Below are positions 45,597 through 56,190 of a stretch of DNA of 64,000 bases, piece by piece. The notes beneath the pieces were generated by a model that was not told the origin of the DNA, did no database searches, and was given only the letters and a program-made list of their open reading frames with translations. Both the position numbers and the translations under genes were made by a program. The stretch covers positions 46,319-110,318 of the forward strand of contig CAZBTH010000001.1 in assembly GCA_964494885.1 (NCBI GenBank). Direction: 5' to 3'. Within the stretch, counting starts at the first letter, position 1; the number at the start of each line of letters is the position of its first letter. This stretch comes from an uncultured Gammaproteobacteria bacterium (GTDB lineage: Bacteria > Patescibacteriota > Microgenomatia > UBA8517).

Positions 45597-46751
45597 CTAG
45601 TGGATTTTGCGAAGAAAAGCTGGGATTTCAAATTTCTCACCAAAAACATCGTCGTCACCTGAATTATCAGAATTTTCTGGTGGCTCGGTATCCCTATTAT
45701 CCGCATCATCTTTCCTATCAAAAACGGGTTCGCTTACAACTCCTTGGACAATGGGTTTTTGAACTGGTTTACTCATTTGCGCCAAACGGGAACGTGTTTC
45801 ATCAAAACCTGTGGCAATCACTGTAATTCTAACTTGATCATTCAACCCCTCTTTAATTACTGCTCCAAAAATGACGTTGGCGTCGGGGTCTGCCGCACTA
45901 GAAATGATTCTTGCAGCCTCGTCGACTTCAAACATCGTCAAGTCATTTCCACCGGCGATGTTAAAGAGGACTCCCCGCGCACCCTCAATGGACAAGTCAA
46001 GAAGCGGCGATGACACTGCCGCACGTGCCGCCATTTGTGCCCTGTTTTCGCCGGCTCCGGTTCCAATACCCAAAAGAGCGCTTCCCGCGTCTTTCATAAT
46101 TGTCTTTACATCAGCAAAGTCTACATTTACTAGCCCTGCAGTTGTAATAATATCCGCTATGCCGCCAACCGCCTGACCCAAAACCGAGTCAACCACTTTA
46201 AATGCCTCAAGAAGAGTCATTTTTCTGTCAATAACGTCCATTAGGCGTTGGTTTGGAATAACAATAAGAGTGTCTGTTGATTCCTTAAGTTTTTCGATTC
46301 CATCTTCAGCCGCTACCGTTCTTCTGGTGCCTTCAAATGCAAAGGGCTTAGTAACAACCCCAACCGTGAGGGCTCCGCTCTCTTTAGCAAGTCTTGCGAT
46401 AACAGGCGCCGCTCCCGTGCCAGTTCCACCACCCATGCCGGCAGTTATAAAAACCATATCACTATCAATCAGAAGTTCTTTTATTTTTTCTACTGACTCT
46501 TCTGCTGCTTGAGCGCCAATTTCCGGATTTCCACCAACACCAAGTCCCTTTGTCAGCTTTTCTCCGATCTGAAGTTTTGTCGGAGCTTTGTTTTGAAGAA
46601 GTACTTGCGCATCAGTATTTAATGCAATAAATTCAACCCCACTAATTGTACCGGCATCAATCATCGAAGAAACTGCGTTTCCACCACCACCACCAACACC
46701 GATTACTTTTATTTTTGCTATTCTAGCCGAATCAGGTTTAACAAGTGCCAT
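45597..46751 (-). CDS. ftsZ: Cell division protein FtsZ
   Basis: [23 protein letters not shown]-terminal IPAFLR. Confidence 0.98.
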   Translation of the reverse strand: MALVKPDSARIAKIKVIGVGGGGGNAVSSMIDAGTISGVEFIALNTDAQVLLQNKAPTKLQIGEKLTKGLGVGGNPEIGAQAAEESVEKIKELLIDSDMVFITAGMGGGTGTGAAPVIARLAKESGALTVGVVTKPFAFEGTRRTVAAEDGIEKLKESTDTLIVIPNQRLMDVIDRKMTLLEAFKVVDSVLGQAVGGIADIITTAGLVNVDFADVKTIMKDAGSALLGIGTGAGENRAQMAARAAVSSPLLDLSIEGARGVLFNIAGGNDLTMFEVDEAARIISSAADPDANVIFGAVIKEGLNDQVRITVIATGFDETRSRLAQMSKPVQKPIVQGVVSEPVFDRKDDADNRDTEPPENSDNSGDDDVFGEKFEIPAFLRKIH

Positions 46752-46857
46752 AGTCTACGGCCATGATTCTACATGGCCAAATTATAAATTACAAATGCCA
46801 AAAGGCAAATGGAGCAGTTTTTGACTAATTGCTAACGTCTAATTACTAATTACTTTT

Positions 46858-48123
46858 TTATGGCAGGAGGTCTTTGATCGATTCGATTACTTTTCCAAAC
46901 ATTCCGGTCATCTTAGGTAGTCTCATCTTTTTCCCGAAGCTTGTCAAGCTCTCACCCGGCGACTCTTTTGCTCCATAATGTAATAGTCCGACGCACGTAG
47001 CAAATGATGGATTCATTATGTCATCTATTAGACCTTCCACACCTCTGGGAATTCCAATGCGAACAGGAAGGGAAAGCATCCGTTTGGCCGAGTCTATCAC
47101 GCCAGCAGTCTCTGCCCCACCACCTGTAATAATTGCCCCCGAAGGAATCCGAACCGCTAGGCCTTCCCTTTCAAGTTCAATTCTAACCATTGTAAATATT
47201 TCGTTTAGCCGAGGTCGAATTATTCCCTCCAAAAGTGTTTTTTTGGAAATCTTCCTAACTTCGGTTACCCCCAAACTCTCCAAATCCATTTCATCCTCTT
47301 CCGTCTTATCCTTTCTTGAGTTTTTGGAAAGAGCAAGTTTGATTTTTTCCGCAGTTTCGAGTGAAACCCGAAGGCCAATTGCCAAATCATTTGTAACATT
47401 CTTAGCCCCAACCGGAATAACGCCAGAATAAGTAAGTGCGCCATCGACGTAAATTACAATTGAAGTTGTCCCTCCGCCAATATCGATTAAAACACACCCC
47501 AATTCCTTTTCGGTAGGAGAGATAACAGCTTCCGCAGCAGCTAGCCCTGAAAAAACAAGGTCCTCAATTTTTATGCCAGCCTCTTGTATTGCCTTCTTTG
47601 CATTTTTGATAGGTCCGACACCGGCAGAAATTATATGAGTATCCACTTCGAGCCTTACACCACTCATTCCTACCGGGTCACGCACACCGCTCTCCCCATC
47701 AACAATAAATTCCCTAGGTAACACATGGATAATCTCGCGCGAGGCCGGAATAGAAATCGCGCTAGCAGCCTCTATCGCACGGTCAACATCGTTTTGATTA
47801 ATTTCCCCGCTGGGATCCGAAATAGCGACAACTCCATGAGAATTTTGAGAATGAATATGTGCCCCACCGATTGATGCAAAAGCTGTATCTAAATTATAAC
47901 CGGCCATCCTTTCCGCAGCTTCTATCGAAGCAATTGTTGCCTCGGTTGCCTCTTCTATGTCAACTATTTGACCTTTCTTTATTCCGCGAGACTCGGCAGT
48001 CGCTGCGCCTGCTATATTAATCGAAGTCTCTGCACTAACAGGGTCAACCGCAACCTGACTTATCAGGGTAGATATTTTAGTCGAGCCCATTTCAATTGCC
48101 GCTATAATTCTTGTTTTAGTCAT
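46858..48123 (-). CDS. ftsA: Cell division protein FtsA
   Basis: GIKKG, PVGMSGVRLE, IDIGGGTT, TGGGA. Confidence 0.96.
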   Translation of the reverse strand: MTKTRIIAAIEMGSTKISTLISQVAVDPVSAETSINIAGAATAESRGIKKGQIVDIEEATEATIASIEAAERMAGYNLDTAFASIGGAHIHSQNSHGVVAISDPSGEINQNDVDRAIEAASAISIPASREIIHVLPREFIVDGESGVRDPVGMSGVRLEVDTHIISAGVGPIKNAKKAIQEAGIKIEDLVFSGLAAAEAVISPTEKELGCVLIDIGGGTTSIVIYVDGALTYSGVIPVGAKNVTNDLAIGLRVSLETAEKIKLALSKNSRKDKTEEDEMDLESLGVTEVRKISKKTLLEGIIRPRLNEIFTMVRIELEREGLAVRIPSGAIITGGGAETAGVIDSAKRMLSLPVRIGIPRGVEGLIDDIMNPSFATCVGLLHYGAKESPGESLTSFGKKMRLPKMTGMFGKVIESIKDLLP

Positions 48124-48131
48124 TGTTTAGT

Positions 48132-48800
48132 TCATCTTAATACCGCATTTTTAAAACGCAAGTCAATTTCGGAATATTTTCCGATATTGCCTGGTTCACT
48201 AATCTTAGAGTATATCAATCTCAAGCTTCCAAGCAAAATGTTAGAATCTCCGTACAATGGAAATATTACTCTGATTTGTGGTAGGAGTTCAACAACCAAA
48301 CTCTCCGAATTCATTTCACCGGTCCTAATTTGATACATTTGAAAAACACCTGCAATTATTTTAAGTGCAAAAAAATCTCTATCGGTAATCCTTTGACCCT
48401 CCTTTCGATCGATTGAATCTGCTGTCACGGTCGGAAGAGTTGAGTCTGATCCGAAAAATAGTATTTTTCCCTCCTCATCAATCAGGGCAACTTTCTTAGA
48501 ATTTCTGTCAACCAAGGCTGCAAAAGGTTTTTTTACAACTATGTAAGTTTCCAAAATATTGGGCAACTTAAACTGCAAACTGTAATTCGAAATTGTGAAA
48601 TCGGAAGATAGTATTTTTCTTATATTTTTCTTGGCAGTGAATAAGCTATTACCGTTAAAGGCGTCAATCTTAGATAAAACTCTTTCGGGACAAGCACCAA
48701 ACTGGGTTTTACAATTTATTTTGACCTTGATGAAAAACGGAGAGAGAAATATAAAAACTAAACAAACTGATATTAAAATAAACAGAAGTCTTTTTGTCAT
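48132..48800 (-). CDS. ftsQ: FtsQ/DivIB-like protein
   Basis: N-terminal TM, LP..L, C-terminal IDLRF; between murG and ftsA. Confidence 0.7.
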   Translation of the reverse strand: MTKRLLFILISVCLVFIFLSPFFIKVKINCKTQFGACPERVLSKIDAFNGNSLFTAKKNIRKILSSDFTISNYSLQFKLPNILETYIVVKKPFAALVDRNSKKVALIDEEGKILFFGSDSTLPTVTADSIDRKEGQRITDRDFFALKIIAGVFQMYQIRTGEMNSESLVVELLPQIRVIFPLYGDSNILLGSLRLIYSKISEPGNIGKYSEIDLRFKNAVLR

Positions 48801-49903
48801 ATATAGTTCTTTACGAGATCAACAACCTTTTTGGAAGCTTCTGTATCCGGACTGTGGGTTCCTTTTGCTTTTCGAATTAGTTCGGGCCAATCTTTTAATA
48901 AACGGTTAATTTCTTTGAGAATTGTTTCAGGTGTGGCATTCTCTTCCAGAAAAACAGAGGAAAACCCAAAGCTTTCTGCATACCTGGCATTTTTTACTTG
49001 CTCTCCCAGAAAAGTTCTCGGGAGTGGAATTAATATCGCAGGACGCTTAGCATAAATAATTTCGGAAATAGAGTTCGCCCCGGATCTACTAATAATTAAA
49101 TCTGCCTGAGAGTAATAATTTCCAATTTCTGAAGGATTGATTGACCGATAAACTTTATAATTTTTTCTAAGGGTCGGTGACAATTTTTCTTTAAACTTCT
49201 CTACTTTTTCAAAATCCCTCTCACCTGTTATGTGTATTAGAACATTATGAGAGAGAACCAATTTTAATATATCGATCACTAACTCATTAATAAAGTTGGA
49301 ACCACGCGAACCTCCAATAACCAATATTATTGGCGGTCTTCCCGGAAATTTCTTGGCTCTTATATTTAAGATATTCTTCATCAATGGGTTTCCAGTAACT
49401 ACCGATTTATTTTTTGGAAAATATCTTTGACTTTCCGGTCTGGCCAATGCAATTTTTGTTGCAAAAAAGGCCGAAGAAATAGATGCGCGACCGGCTACCA
49501 CCGTCTGCTCATGTAAAATTACAGGGATTCTAAAAACCCACGACCAAAAAATCACAGGAAATGAGGAGTAACCACCGAAAGAGAGAGTCACTTTGGGTTT
49601 AATTTTCAACAGTAACCAAAAGGCCTGGAAAAAACCAACTGGAATTTTAAGCAAAGATGGAATAGTGTGTCTTGTAAATTTGGTCTGAATTTTTCCGGCA
49701 ACAATTGGAACAAAGTTGACATCGATTTTTGGAAAAGTCCTGGACTCAATTGTTGAGGCTTTAGAGCCCTCAATAGCAGTTTGCGAGCCGATCCAATAGA
49801 TTTGAACCCCTTTCAACGATTCACGTCTCCTGATTTCTTCAACAACGGCAATCCCCGTTGTCGCCGCATGTCCGCCTGTTAAAAGTATCGTTTTTGAATT
49901 CAT
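48797..49903 (-). CDS. murG: Lipid II synthase MurG
   Basis: TGGH, FGGY, HEQ, TGNP, GGSRG, SRSGA, EQ..NA. Confidence 0.95.
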   Translation of the reverse strand: MNSKTILLTGGHAATTGIAVVEEIRRRESLKGVQIYWIGSQTAIEGSKASTIESRTFPKIDVNFVPIVAGKIQTKFTRHTIPSLLKIPVGFFQAFWLLLKIKPKVTLSFGGYSSFPVIFWSWVFRIPVILHEQTVVAGRASISSAFFATKIALARPESQRYFPKNKSVVTGNPLMKNILNIRAKKFPGRPPIILVIGGSRGSNFINELVIDILKLVLSHNVLIHITGERDFEKVEKFKEKLSPTLRKNYKVYRSINPSEIGNYYSQADLIISRSGANSISEIIYAKRPAILIPLPRTFLGEQVKNARYAESFGFSSVFLEENATPETILKEINRLLKDWPELIRKAKGTHSPDTEASKKVVDLVKNYI

Positions 49904-50202
49904 ACCTACTTTGAATTATAGACTATTTGCCAAAAGTCTTCATTTTTAAAAAAAGTATCCCATAGACTTGACTTTTTAATGTGGTGGTGGTACCATTAGC
50001 CTCGGCAAATTGTATAAACATAGGTTTATTTTGTAACTTATAGTTATAGGCTTGCTTTTTCTATTTTTTCGCTCTTTTGCATACAAAATAGCCTCATTCT
50101 ACTGCACCACAAGCTCACTAGCTTAGCGGGTTTTTGGTGCAGTAGTTTTAAGCACAGATGTAATCAAACTCTGTTTTTTCAATCTTGCTTAAGGAGGCAA
50201 AG

Positions 50203-50997
50203 ATGACTAAGAAGAATGTTACGTTCGATCTGAGTGGTAGTTCAACTCTCACTCTCAAAAACCTTTTCGCGCAGGTGACTGTTCGTAAAGGCTCGACTGG
50301 CAAAGCTTCTGTGGAAGTAAGCGGTGAAGATGAAGTGATCAAAGAGATTAAAGTCACACAGCCCAACTCCAGTGAAGTTTTGATCGAAGGCCCGGACAAC
50401 GGAGGTGGTGGTATTACTGTAGTCCAAAGTGGTCGCAGCTCATCCATCTCAGTTCGTGGAAACGACGTTGTCGTCGGTGGAAACATTGTCGGCGGACGGA
50501 TCATCAGCGGAGGAAATGTCGTTATTGTTAACGGCAAAGTTATCTCCGGACAGGTAACGGAACTTGGTGGCGCAGAAATGGCTTCCATCACCGTGACTGT
50601 TCCCGAAGGAACTGAACTTGACGCTGAAAGCGTTGAAGAACTCAATTCCCAAGGTCTGAATGGAAAACTTTACCTTTCGCTCGATGTATCGGGAAAAGCC
50701 AAAGTACTGGACGTAACCAGCGCAAAGATCGACTGCAGAGGGCAGACACGCGCCGAACTCGGTAATGCCAAAGGAGACCTCAAGGTTTCCTGCAGTGGTC
50801 AATCACGCGTTACAGCCAAAGGCAACTTTGGGGATATTGATATGGACGCAAGCGGTCAATCTCAAATCCAGGTCGCCGGAAATTGCAGGGACTGCGAAGG
50901 CAGCGCAAGTGGTCAAAGCACAATTTCGCTCACCGGCCATGCATCTGGCAAAGTTCGCAAACACGAAAGTGGCCAGAGCAGTGTCGATATCGAATAG
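50203..50997 (+). CDS. GIN/DUF2807-like beta-solenoid (putative adhesin-head) protein without signal peptide
   Basis: Repeated (A/C)SGQS.I/V units; AAGGAGG SD. Confidence 0.7.
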   Translation: MTKKNVTFDLSGSSTLTLKNLFAQVTVRKGSTGKASVEVSGEDEVIKEIKVTQPNSSEVLIEGPDNGGGGITVVQSGRSSSISVRGNDVVVGGNIVGGRIISGGNVVIVNGKVISGQVTELGGAEMASITVTVPEGTELDAESVEELNSQGLNGKLYLSLDVSGKAKVLDVTSAKIDCRGQTRAELGNAKGDLKVSCSGQSRVTAKGNFGDIDMDASGQSQIQVAGNCRDCEGSASGQSTISLTGHASGKVRKHESGQSSVDIE

Positions 50998-51019
50998 TCA
51001 TTGATTCAAGCAAAAGGGA

Positions 51020-51062
51020 AGCCTCTCATTGTAGAAATACAAAACAATGGGAGGTTTTTTTT
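51020..51062 (+). terminator. Intrinsic terminator
   Basis: GCCTCTCATTGT..ACAATGGGAGGT followed by a T run. Confidence 0.8.
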
Positions 51063-51107
51063 GGCATAATCGCTTGCAAGGTGTCACCTTTAATGCTATC
51101 ATAAATT

Positions 51108-51791
51108 ATGCCCAGTCGCAACATCGTAAAAGTTTATCTTGAAAACGGTTATTACCATATTTACAATCGAGGGGTTGAGAAAAGAACTATCTTTGTAGAC
51201 GAACAAGACTACAGGAGCTTTTTAAAATATTTGAAAGAAAGCCTTTCCTCTCCGTCCGACCTTAAAACAACTACCAAAACTTTTAGCGTTCGAGGTGTCA
51301 CCTTTGACGCTACACCAAGGCTCGTTAAAAACTTCGACAAAAAAATTGATTTAATGGTTTATTGTCTTATGCCAAATCATTTTCATCTTCTTGTAAAACA
51401 AAGCGAACATATGGATATAAATAAATTCATACAGTCTATATGCACCAGATACTCGATGTACTTCAATAAAAAATATAAAAGGATTGGCAAACTTTTCCAA
51501 GGATCCTACAAAGCAATTCTTATAACGACCGATGAATACCTATTACACCTTTCCAGATATATTCATCTAAACCCGGCAGAATTTACAAAAGATCTTGCAA
51601 GTGCCTACTCTTCATATGCAGAGTATATAGGCATAAGAAAAACGAGCTGGGTTAAGACCAAGGAAATTTTGTCTTATTTCAACAAAACGAGTAAGGATTT
51701 TAAAAAACGAGCAAATACATATCGCGATTTCGTCGAAAAATATCAAACAGACTTGGGACTAACTTTGGATAAATTAACTCTCGAAGAGTAG
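51108..51791 (+). mobile_element. REP-associated tyrosine transposase (RAYT, Y1 HUH) with cognate palindromes
   Basis: YHIYNRG, YCLMPNHFHLL, LFQG.YK, YIHLNP; AGGTGTCACCT palindromes at 51078-51090, 51293-51303 and 51804-51828. Confidence 0.9.
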
Positions 51792-51827
51792 GTGCCTTCA
51801 AGTGCATTCAAGGTGACACCTTGAATG

Positions 51828-52907
51828 CTAGCGCTTTGCATTTTCGTATGATCTAAACTTAGATATATTCAAGAGTATTCCGCATGCAGTAAGTATCATC
51901 ACCAAACTTGTTCCTCCATAAGATAAAAACGGCAATGGTATACCGGTCAAAGGCGTAAGTGACACCATGGAAGCGATATTCAAAAACGCCTGTCCGGAAA
52001 TCCAAGCAACAATGCCGATTGCAAGTACCTTTGAAAATTTGTCGGGTGCTCCCTTCGCTACCCTGACTCCCCTGATAAATAAATATATATACAAAGAAAT
52101 AATAACGATCGAACCAATTAATCCCAACTCTTCTGCAATGACTGCAAAAATAGAATCAGTCGAAGCCTCAGGTAAAAACGAATATTTTTGTCTGGAAGCT
52201 CCCAAACCTACACCAAATATTCCTCCAGACCCCAATGCTAATAAAATTTGCCTAATATGGTAACCCTTTCCCAATGGGTCGCTTGTTGTTTCAAAAAAAG
52301 TAAGAAGTCGATCTCTTCTGTAGGGTGAAACAAGAATTAGAACAATAGTGCTCAATGCGCCAATTACCATGGCACCAAAAAAATGTAATAAATTGACCCC
52401 TGAAATAAAGATTTGTGAAAGTCCGATTGTAGCCACCACCAAAGTCGTTCCCAAATCCGGCTGTAACATGATTAAACCGGCCACAATAGCCAAAGGAACA
52501 AAGTACGACGCCGGCCCTTTGTTTTTGGCGGCAATCTTTGCTAAATAAATAGCAAGGCTGAGTTTGACCAACTCAGAAGGCTGGAAGTTAAAACCAGCAA
52601 TCGAAATCCACCTTCGGGCACCGAGAGCCGCAAAACTTAAGTGTGGCAGTAAGACTGCCAAGAGGAATAACACCGAAAGAAAAAAGAAGGGAGTCGCAAC
52701 TTTTTCCCAAAACGAATAATGTACATGCGCAGTGGCAAAAAGTGCAACAACCCCAATAGCGGCCCATACAACCTGTTGACGAAGAAGGAAAAACTTATCT
52801 CCATAAGCATTCAACGCCTGGGGAGCTGAAGCATCGGCGACTGCAATCAAGCCTATTACCACAAACAAGAGTATCAACCAAAAAAATTTCTTATCAATCT
52901 TTTTCAT
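51828..52907 (-). CDS. ftsW: Cell division SEDS protein FtsW
   Basis: GARRW..FQPSELVK, QPDLGT, GLGASRQK..LPEASTDSIF, SYGG. Confidence 0.92.
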   Translation of the reverse strand: MKKIDKKFFWLILLFVVIGLIAVADASAPQALNAYGDKFFLLRQQVVWAAIGVVALFATAHVHYSFWEKVATPFFFLSVLFLLAVLLPHLSFAALGARRWISIAGFNFQPSELVKLSLAIYLAKIAAKNKGPASYFVPLAIVAGLIMLQPDLGTTLVVATIGLSQIFISGVNLLHFFGAMVIGALSTIVLILVSPYRRDRLLTFFETTSDPLGKGYHIRQILLALGSGGIFGVGLGASRQKYSFLPEASTDSIFAVIAEELGLIGSIVIISLYIYLFIRGVRVAKGAPDKFSKVLAIGIVAWISGQAFLNIASMVSLTPLTGIPLPFLSYGGTSLVMILTACGILLNISKFRSYENAKR

Positions 52908-52911
52908 TCAT

Positions 52912-53967
52912 TTATATGGTAGCCAGCCAAAGGCCAAAAATGGCGAGAAGAGTTCCCAAAAGCCATGCCCGCATTACTATCTTCGGTTCTTCCCAGCCGA
53001 CTGCCAGAAAAGTATGGTGAATTGGGGCAAGAGGAAATATTGGTTTTTTTAATAATTTCCATCCAGCCATTTGAATTGCGGAAGAAGCCAGTTCAACAAC
53101 AAAAATTCCACCCATTACCAAAAGTGCAATAATACTTCCCGAAAGTAAACCGATAACAGCAAGGCTTGCCCCGAAAGACAAAGCTCCCGAATCCCCCAGA
53201 AAAATTCTGGCAGGCCAGATATTAAAATATAGAAATGCAAATAAAGATCCCAACCATAGTGCCACAAAAAGCGAAAGTGGTGTATCCAAGTGTCCGGCAA
53301 TTATTACTCCGAATGCTGCCAAACATATTATTAGAAGACCCGAGGCCAAACCGTCCAAGCCGTCGGTGACATTGAATGCATTCGAAAAAGCTACAAGCAT
53401 TAAAGCAGCAAACGGTATATACCAAACGCCCAAGTCATAGACAACGTGTAAAAGAGGGATGTTGACAATGTGTATTCCCAAATCTCGATAAATTAAAAAC
53501 CCGACGGTCAGTCCCAGAACCCACTGAAGTATAAACTTTTGCCATCGTCTAAGTCCGAACCACAAACCCAAAACCCCTCTCGTGGGTCTGGCAAAAATTT
53601 TTAGAACGTCATCAAGTAAACCTAAAATCCCAAAACTCAAAAAAGTGAAGAATATTATGAAAAGCTCGTCCCTAAGTGGGTAGGAAGTTTTTATATATAC
53701 CCCAAGCCTGGAAGACAGGGGAAATAAAATGGCAAAGAACAAAGTGACGAGAAAGATAATAAAAATCCCTCCTCCCACGGGGGTACCGGTTTTTATGTCG
53801 TGAAGCCTGTCGAAAAGAGGTATTTTGCCACTTTTTGGAGCTTCTCTACGTCTTGTCAGTTTCAGTTTATACAAAAGCCCGATATATGGAACTATCAGGA
53901 CAAAAGAAATTAAAAAAGAGAAGATAATTAGGCCCAAACCAAGCGGCAACAAGTTCGGAGTGGTCAT
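52912..53967 (-). CDS. mraY: Phospho-N-acetylmuramoyl-pentapeptide transferase
   Basis: KTGTP.GGG, LDD, NAFNVTDGLDGLA, PARIFLGD.G, APIHH. Confidence 0.96.
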   Translation of the reverse strand: MTTPNLLPLGLGLIIFSFLISFVLIVPYIGLLYKLKLTRRREAPKSGKIPLFDRLHDIKTGTPVGGGIFIIFLVTLFFAILFPLSSRLGVYIKTSYPLRDELFIIFFTFLSFGILGLLDDVLKIFARPTRGVLGLWFGLRRWQKFILQWVLGLTVGFLIYRDLGIHIVNIPLLHVVYDLGVWYIPFAALMLVAFSNAFNVTDGLDGLASGLLIICLAAFGVIIAGHLDTPLSLFVALWLGSLFAFLYFNIWPARIFLGDSGALSFGASLAVIGLLSGSIIALLVMGGIFVVELASSAIQMAGWKLLKKPIFPLAPIHHTFLAVGWEEPKIVMRAWLLGTLLAIFGLWLATI

Positions 53968-54022
53968 ATCGTGGGTTAATTATATCAGGATTTTCAACCC
54001 TGTGAAAAGGCAATCCGGAGCG

Positions 54023-55045
54023 TTAAAGATGTCTTGTTGTTTTTCTCAAATTTTCGAATAGATATGTAAACCAATACATTTTGGATATTGCAAGATCTTG
54101 GGCATGAAGCCAGTCTATTCGCTGACCTCCAAAACCAGTTTTAAACAATGTTACACCCGCAAATCTATGTTTTAGGTTATCATCAGGTGCAATTCCCCAA
54201 AAATTATAAAATTTCATACCACGCTTCTTAGCCTCCTTAATAATTTCCCATTGGAGAAAATAAGAAAACGGAATCTCATTGTGTCCCGAGGCAGACCCAC
54301 TAAAATGATAATAAGCGGTGTCACAATAAAAAATTATGATTGCCGCAGCTAAAACTTTTTTTGCTTTTCTACAAATAAAGACCGAGGCACTATTATCTTT
54401 AACAAATGATTTTATTTCCGACTTAAAGAGTTTTTCTGGAAAACCAACAAAACTGTGACGTATGGCGGTTTCTTTTTGAAGATCGAATAATATTTGGGAA
54501 GCTTTCGGATCTTTTGACATTTCCAATTCCAGACCAGCGTTCATACTTTTTTTGATTAAATATCTCGTTGACTTTCGCATTTCAGAAAGAAGTATTTCTT
54601 CAGGTTTTGAAATATCCAATATCCAAGTGTTTTCAGCATGCAGATGCATCGGTGCTGGGATAAAACCCAGTTTTTTAAATAATTGTTGAGATTCCACGGA
54701 GTCCCGCAATTCCGGTCTTACTCTGACAAACCAAACCTTTTCTTTTATCGCAATTCTTATAATTGATTCCACAAATACGGATACTAATTTATTATCTTTC
54801 CAGTCAATTATGGGGCCACCGGGTATTATTAGATGTGGACCTCTTTTTGCATTTTCTTTAATTAACAAACAAATCCCCACGAGTTTACCGTCTTTTTTAA
54901 ATCCAATTCTAAAAATTTTTGCCCTCATCTTTTCATTCGTTTCACCCCATGCCCATGATTGTAAAAATGAAAATGGATGGTGAGATAGGACAAACCTCTC
55001 CCAGACTTTTTCATTTGCGATTAATTCTGTTGTGTATTTAGCCAT
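54023..55045 (-). CDS. FemABX-family aminoacyl-tRNA-dependent peptidoglycan bridge transferase
   Basis: FLQSWAWG, GGP, RY.I.K, YNFWGI, FKTGFGG. Confidence 0.9.
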   Translation of the reverse strand: MAKYTTELIANEKVWERFVLSHHPFSFLQSWAWGETNEKMRAKIFRIGFKKDGKLVGICLLIKENAKRGPHLIIPGGPIIDWKDNKLVSVFVESIIRIAIKEKVWFVRVRPELRDSVESQQLFKKLGFIPAPMHLHAENTWILDISKPEEILLSEMRKSTRYLIKKSMNAGLELEMSKDPKASQILFDLQKETAIRHSFVGFPEKLFKSEIKSFVKDNSASVFICRKAKKVLAAAIIIFYCDTAYYHFSGSASGHNEIPFSYFLQWEIIKEAKKRGMKFYNFWGIAPDDNLKHRFAGVTLFKTGFGGQRIDWLHAQDLAISKMYWFTYLFENLRKTTRHL

Positions 55046-56190
55046 TTATTAATAAGCGCTGAGATTTTTTCAGCGTCTTCTACTGTAACATTAACGTGTG
55101 TTGGTAAATTGACAATTTCTTCTGAAACTTTTTCAGAGTTGGGACACATTCCCTTTTTATAGTTTGTTAATTTCAAAAATCGGGCGGGTGCAATCGGGGC
55201 ATCATACCAAGTGTCTGTAATATATATTACATTTTGTTTTAGATAGTCAATCAACGCCTTCCTGTTTTTAACAAAAATCGGAAATCTCAGACTGAACGCG
55301 CTATCGTGTTTTGAAAGTTTTTTTTGGTAAATACTTATTATCTTTTTTCTATGTCCTAAGTCTTTTTTAAAATTAGAAAATTGAAAATTAACAAGATCAC
55401 AGTACCAATTTGGCAAACTATGCAAAACTATCGAATTGTTTCCGTCCATCGGTTTTGACAATAAATTTATTTTTTTCAAAAATAAATGAAAGGCCTTGCC
55501 AAGGCCAATTTTATAAGTTTTTCTAATTTTATATGTAAATAGAGGGTAAAGCTTATCTTTTATTTGCCTTCCAATAGAAACAGGTGTAAATGCGACATTC
55601 CCAGCATAAGAAAATTTAGAATTTCTGATAATTAAAGCTCCTCCTGAAACTGCGTCAATAATCTTATCTTGACCAAAAGAAAGCACTATAAAGTCTCCGT
55701 AAAAACCTGCCTCCTTATTACTTTGGTAAATTGACCCAATGCTATGCGCCAAATCCTCAATAAGGATAATTCCGTTTTCAAAACAATATTTTTTTATCTC
55801 GACAACATTACATGGATTCCCGAATGTGTTTTGAATAATCAAAACTTTTAAATTTTTGTGTTGTTTAACTTCGTCAAGTGAAAAATTTAAAGTTTTTTCT
55901 TCAACGTCCAAATATTCCGGCAAAAGACCGGCATCAACCACTGCCTTATAAACTGCGTAGCAAGTAAAACCGGCGATTCCCACTTTGCTGTTTTTTGGAA
56001 ATTTAAGAATATCTAATGCCAACTTTATTGCCTCCCTGCCTTTATATAACAAAATAGTTTTACCTTTATATTTTTTGTCTAAAAAATCAGTTAAGGTCGT
56101 CCTGCCATTTTCATCATTGGTTGCAAAAAGCGATTTCAATACAAACTCTAAATTGTAATTTGACCCCAGAGAATTAAAAATGGTTTTCAT
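55021..56190 (-). CDS. DegT/DnrJ/EryC1/StrS PLP-dependent aminotransferase
   Basis: GREAI, FTC, IEDLAH, SFGQDK, NLPTH. Confidence 0.85.
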   Translation of the reverse strand: MKTIFNSLGSNYNLEFVLKSLFATNDENGRTTLTDFLDKKYKGKTILLYKGREAIKLALDILKFPKNSKVGIAGFTCYAVYKAVVDAGLLPEYLDVEEKTLNFSLDEVKQHKNLKVLIIQNTFGNPCNVVEIKKYCFENGIILIEDLAHSIGSIYQSNKEAGFYGDFIVLSFGQDKIIDAVSGGALIIRNSKFSYAGNVAFTPVSIGRQIKDKLYPLFTYKIRKTYKIGLGKAFHLFLKKINLLSKPMDGNNSIVLHSLPNWYCDLVNFQFSNFKKDLGHRKKIISIYQKKLSKHDSAFSLRFPIFVKNRKALIDYLKQNVIYITDTWYDAPIAPARFLKLTNYKKGMCPNSEKVSEEIVNLPTHVNVTVEDAEKISALINKWLNTQQN

